Assembly: GCA_028534125.1 (NCBI GenBank)
Contig: CM052832.1
Span: forward strand, 8,062,097 to 8,126,000
Source of the DNA: Lama glama
Lineage: Eukaryota
Length of the DNA stretch: 63,904 bases
Direction: 5' to 3'
Part shown: piece after piece, positions 61,413 to 63,904 of the stretch
Position numbering within the stretch: position 1 is the stretch's first letter
Layout: every line of letters starts with the position of its first letter
Made by a program: the position numbers and the translations under genes
The notes under the pieces: model-generated
Told to the model about the DNA's origin: nothing
The model's database searches: none
What the model saw: the letters and a program-made list of their open reading frames with translations, nothing else

Positions 61413-63904
61413 GGTTTCCTGTGTTCTCCTGTTTACACTCTTGCCATCATCAGCCTGCAATTTCAGTCACTTAAAATTGTCCATGAGGATGCAATTAGTA
61501 CATCAGGAATATACAGTAAAGAACAGAGTGGGTCTCTTTTTTGAGGGAGGTTACTACACTAGAAGAAAGACAGTTCACTCTTCATTCATGAAGCAATTGC
61601 AGCACAAGGATTTTGTTGGGTCCTTAGGAAGGACAGAAAGGAAGATGGGGTTAAGCTGTGTTTGGCACAACTGCCTGACAGTTAGGCATGTTAACATACG
61701 GTAGGTTCTGGATCTATTTCTGCCTGTGCCTAATTAGGGTCATCACATATTAACAGATGGACAGAAAAGGAAACATTTCAGAAAGGCTGAAATGAGAATT
61801 AAATTAAGGGCACTGTGGAATCTATGAAGGAACAATAGCCAGAGTGTTGTATTTTGCTCCTAAATATCAAGGGTGAAAACCTTCCCTGGAGTCCATTTTT
61901 CAGGTGGTACTCTGTTGGGCACTGAATATAATTATGTAGACTCTTGTCAGCATCTAGAATCTTACATGATGCAAGAGTCCTTTGAAGCCTATCCTGCCCC
62001 ACTCCTGTCTGGGGCGATGATGACACCTGGACCCACATAAGATGGATTTTCCTATTGTTTTTGTTACTTGGATAATTCTTATGGCCACGTAGGGGCTTGG
62101 GAGGATCTCAAAAATAAGTTACCATTGATCCTTCCTTTTTAGAGGCTGATGGTTGGTTCTGGGTTGTGGCTTACCCTGGTGCGATTTTACACGTGTATTA
62201 ACAATGACAGCCAGCTTGTACAAGAGGATTATGATTCAGATCCCAGAAATGTTGCTATGGGTCAGGTGTGCTCTCTTACTAAGAAAGGTGCCACATAGCT
62301 TATTATTCATCAGGGAAACACAACTCAGAGTGGGAAAGTCTCCTTGTCAAAAACTTAAAAAAAGAATCATCTAGGTCTTTAGGAAAAAGGGCGCACTTTT
62401 CCATGTCTACATTAAACTGAAAAACACTTTCAGGACTGAGTGATCTTAAAGAGACACTCATAGTGCTGCCCTGAGAATCAGGGAGTGAGGCTGCCCTCCC
62501 TGGTCAGGATCTGGGAAACAAACTGCATATGCTGCAGACCTGGGCCCTACTGGTTAATTCAGAGAGGGATTTTCCACTTGAGAATGAGTCCTTACGTGAG
62601 TGAAGCTAAACCATTTTCATTTCTGTGCCCCTTTGCTCTTCCCAGTGACTCTTGCTGGACAGAATCACTGAGACCAGGAGAAGTGGTTTCCAAGGTCACA
62701 GACTGAGCAGGAGAGGAGGGAAGAGAGGGGTGAAGGAGATTCACTTTCTTTCAGATTTTTGGCTTCTTGTTTCCCTAACCCCTGCCTGCCTGCCTGCCTA
62801 CCTGACAGTTCCATAAACCTGGCTCCTTGCCACTGGCTTGGTAGAGGTACTAATAGGAAAGAAATACGGATGTGATTAGGTAGAACTCAGCTTTGCCTTG
62901 TGCTGTTTTTCTGAGTTTGACCATACTGAGAATGTTACAAACTTATTTCTGAAACTATAGGTGTTTGCATACCTGTGAGGTGGGGATGGTGGGAGAGCAA
63001 AGCTAGGATAGATAAAATCTACACATTGAAAAACCAGCTTGAATAGTTAAAAATTGTCAGGTATTGTTCAGAACCATGATTTTAAATACTTCTGTAACAA
63101 GGTGGAGCAAACAAATATACAGGTTAGGTAAATAAACAGAGATAAGAACCCTGAAACATTTTTTTCTTTGTGAATCAAATTGAGAACCAGTTCCTTACTG
63201 GTAGCCAGAGTAGAAACAGCCCATTGTGCTGTTGAGAAATGCTGTGAGCACTCACACCTTTGCGGGTGATCAGAGTCAGCTTCAGCACTGGTCCTAGGCC
63301 ACTCTGGGCGTAGCGTAGATATCTGTTGCAAAGACAGCTTTTAAATTCCTGAGTTTTAAAAGATTATGTGGCAGCTTTGACAGAGGAGCAAGTGTACTTG
63401 CACTGTGTGGAGTACGTTTGTTTCCAGGAGGTTTGCTAGTGGAGACAGCAGCATCTCGGCCATGCAGATGTTGTGCCAGGTGTAATAGAAACAACCTTCT
63501 ACCCTTCCTCGGACAAGTCAACAGTTCGCTTAACACTTCAGACTTCATTTCTCCATCTGCAAAATGGCACTTACTCTGTTGAACCCTTAGAACTGCCCAA
63601 AATCACCCTCTGAAAACTGTTGGTCTTTGTTTTTGTCTTTCCATTGGGTGCTCAGGAAAGAAATCATCCAAGAAAGTGATCTATGTGAATTTGAGCCTTG
63701 TATTATGTTACACTTGTGTGAGGTTAAAAAAAACCCACAAAACTTCCTGGAAGAGAATCCTTCCAGGACAAAATAGTAATGAGTATTTAAGCAACAAATA
63801 AATAAGAGCACTTTTTGGTCCGGAATGATTGGCGTGAAACCTGCAGGAGATAGGAGGTGTTGTCAGCATGACAGGGCGGAGGATCCAGGGAATTCCCTTG
63901 TTTT

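Overview
Mammalian genomic window, probably camelid given its tRNA-derived Vic-1-like SINEs. It matches the human 6p21.1 block in reverse orientation. On the minus strand, from right to left: complete TMEM63B (23 coding exons, 830 aa), intact CAPN11 (21 coding exons from MVAHIN, 700 aa, catalytic C/H/N present), the 84-aa myoblast-fusion micropeptide MYMX, and the promoters plus first coding exon of SLC29A1. A CpG-rich bidirectional promoter near 60 kb probably also drives MRPL14 on the + strand. There are two 500-N gaps and many L1, L2, MIR, MER and LTR remnants. Most notable observations: a candidate microexon arranged as mutually exclusive with TMEM63B exon 4; the TMEM63B Q619 editing hairpin, which also covers the splice donor; three E-boxes spaced 10 bp apart upstream of MYMX; an L2-derived MYMX poly(A) signal; a U12 intron and an L1-supplied acceptor in CAPN11. 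Gene identities and repeat families come from recall and manual reading, not database searches.
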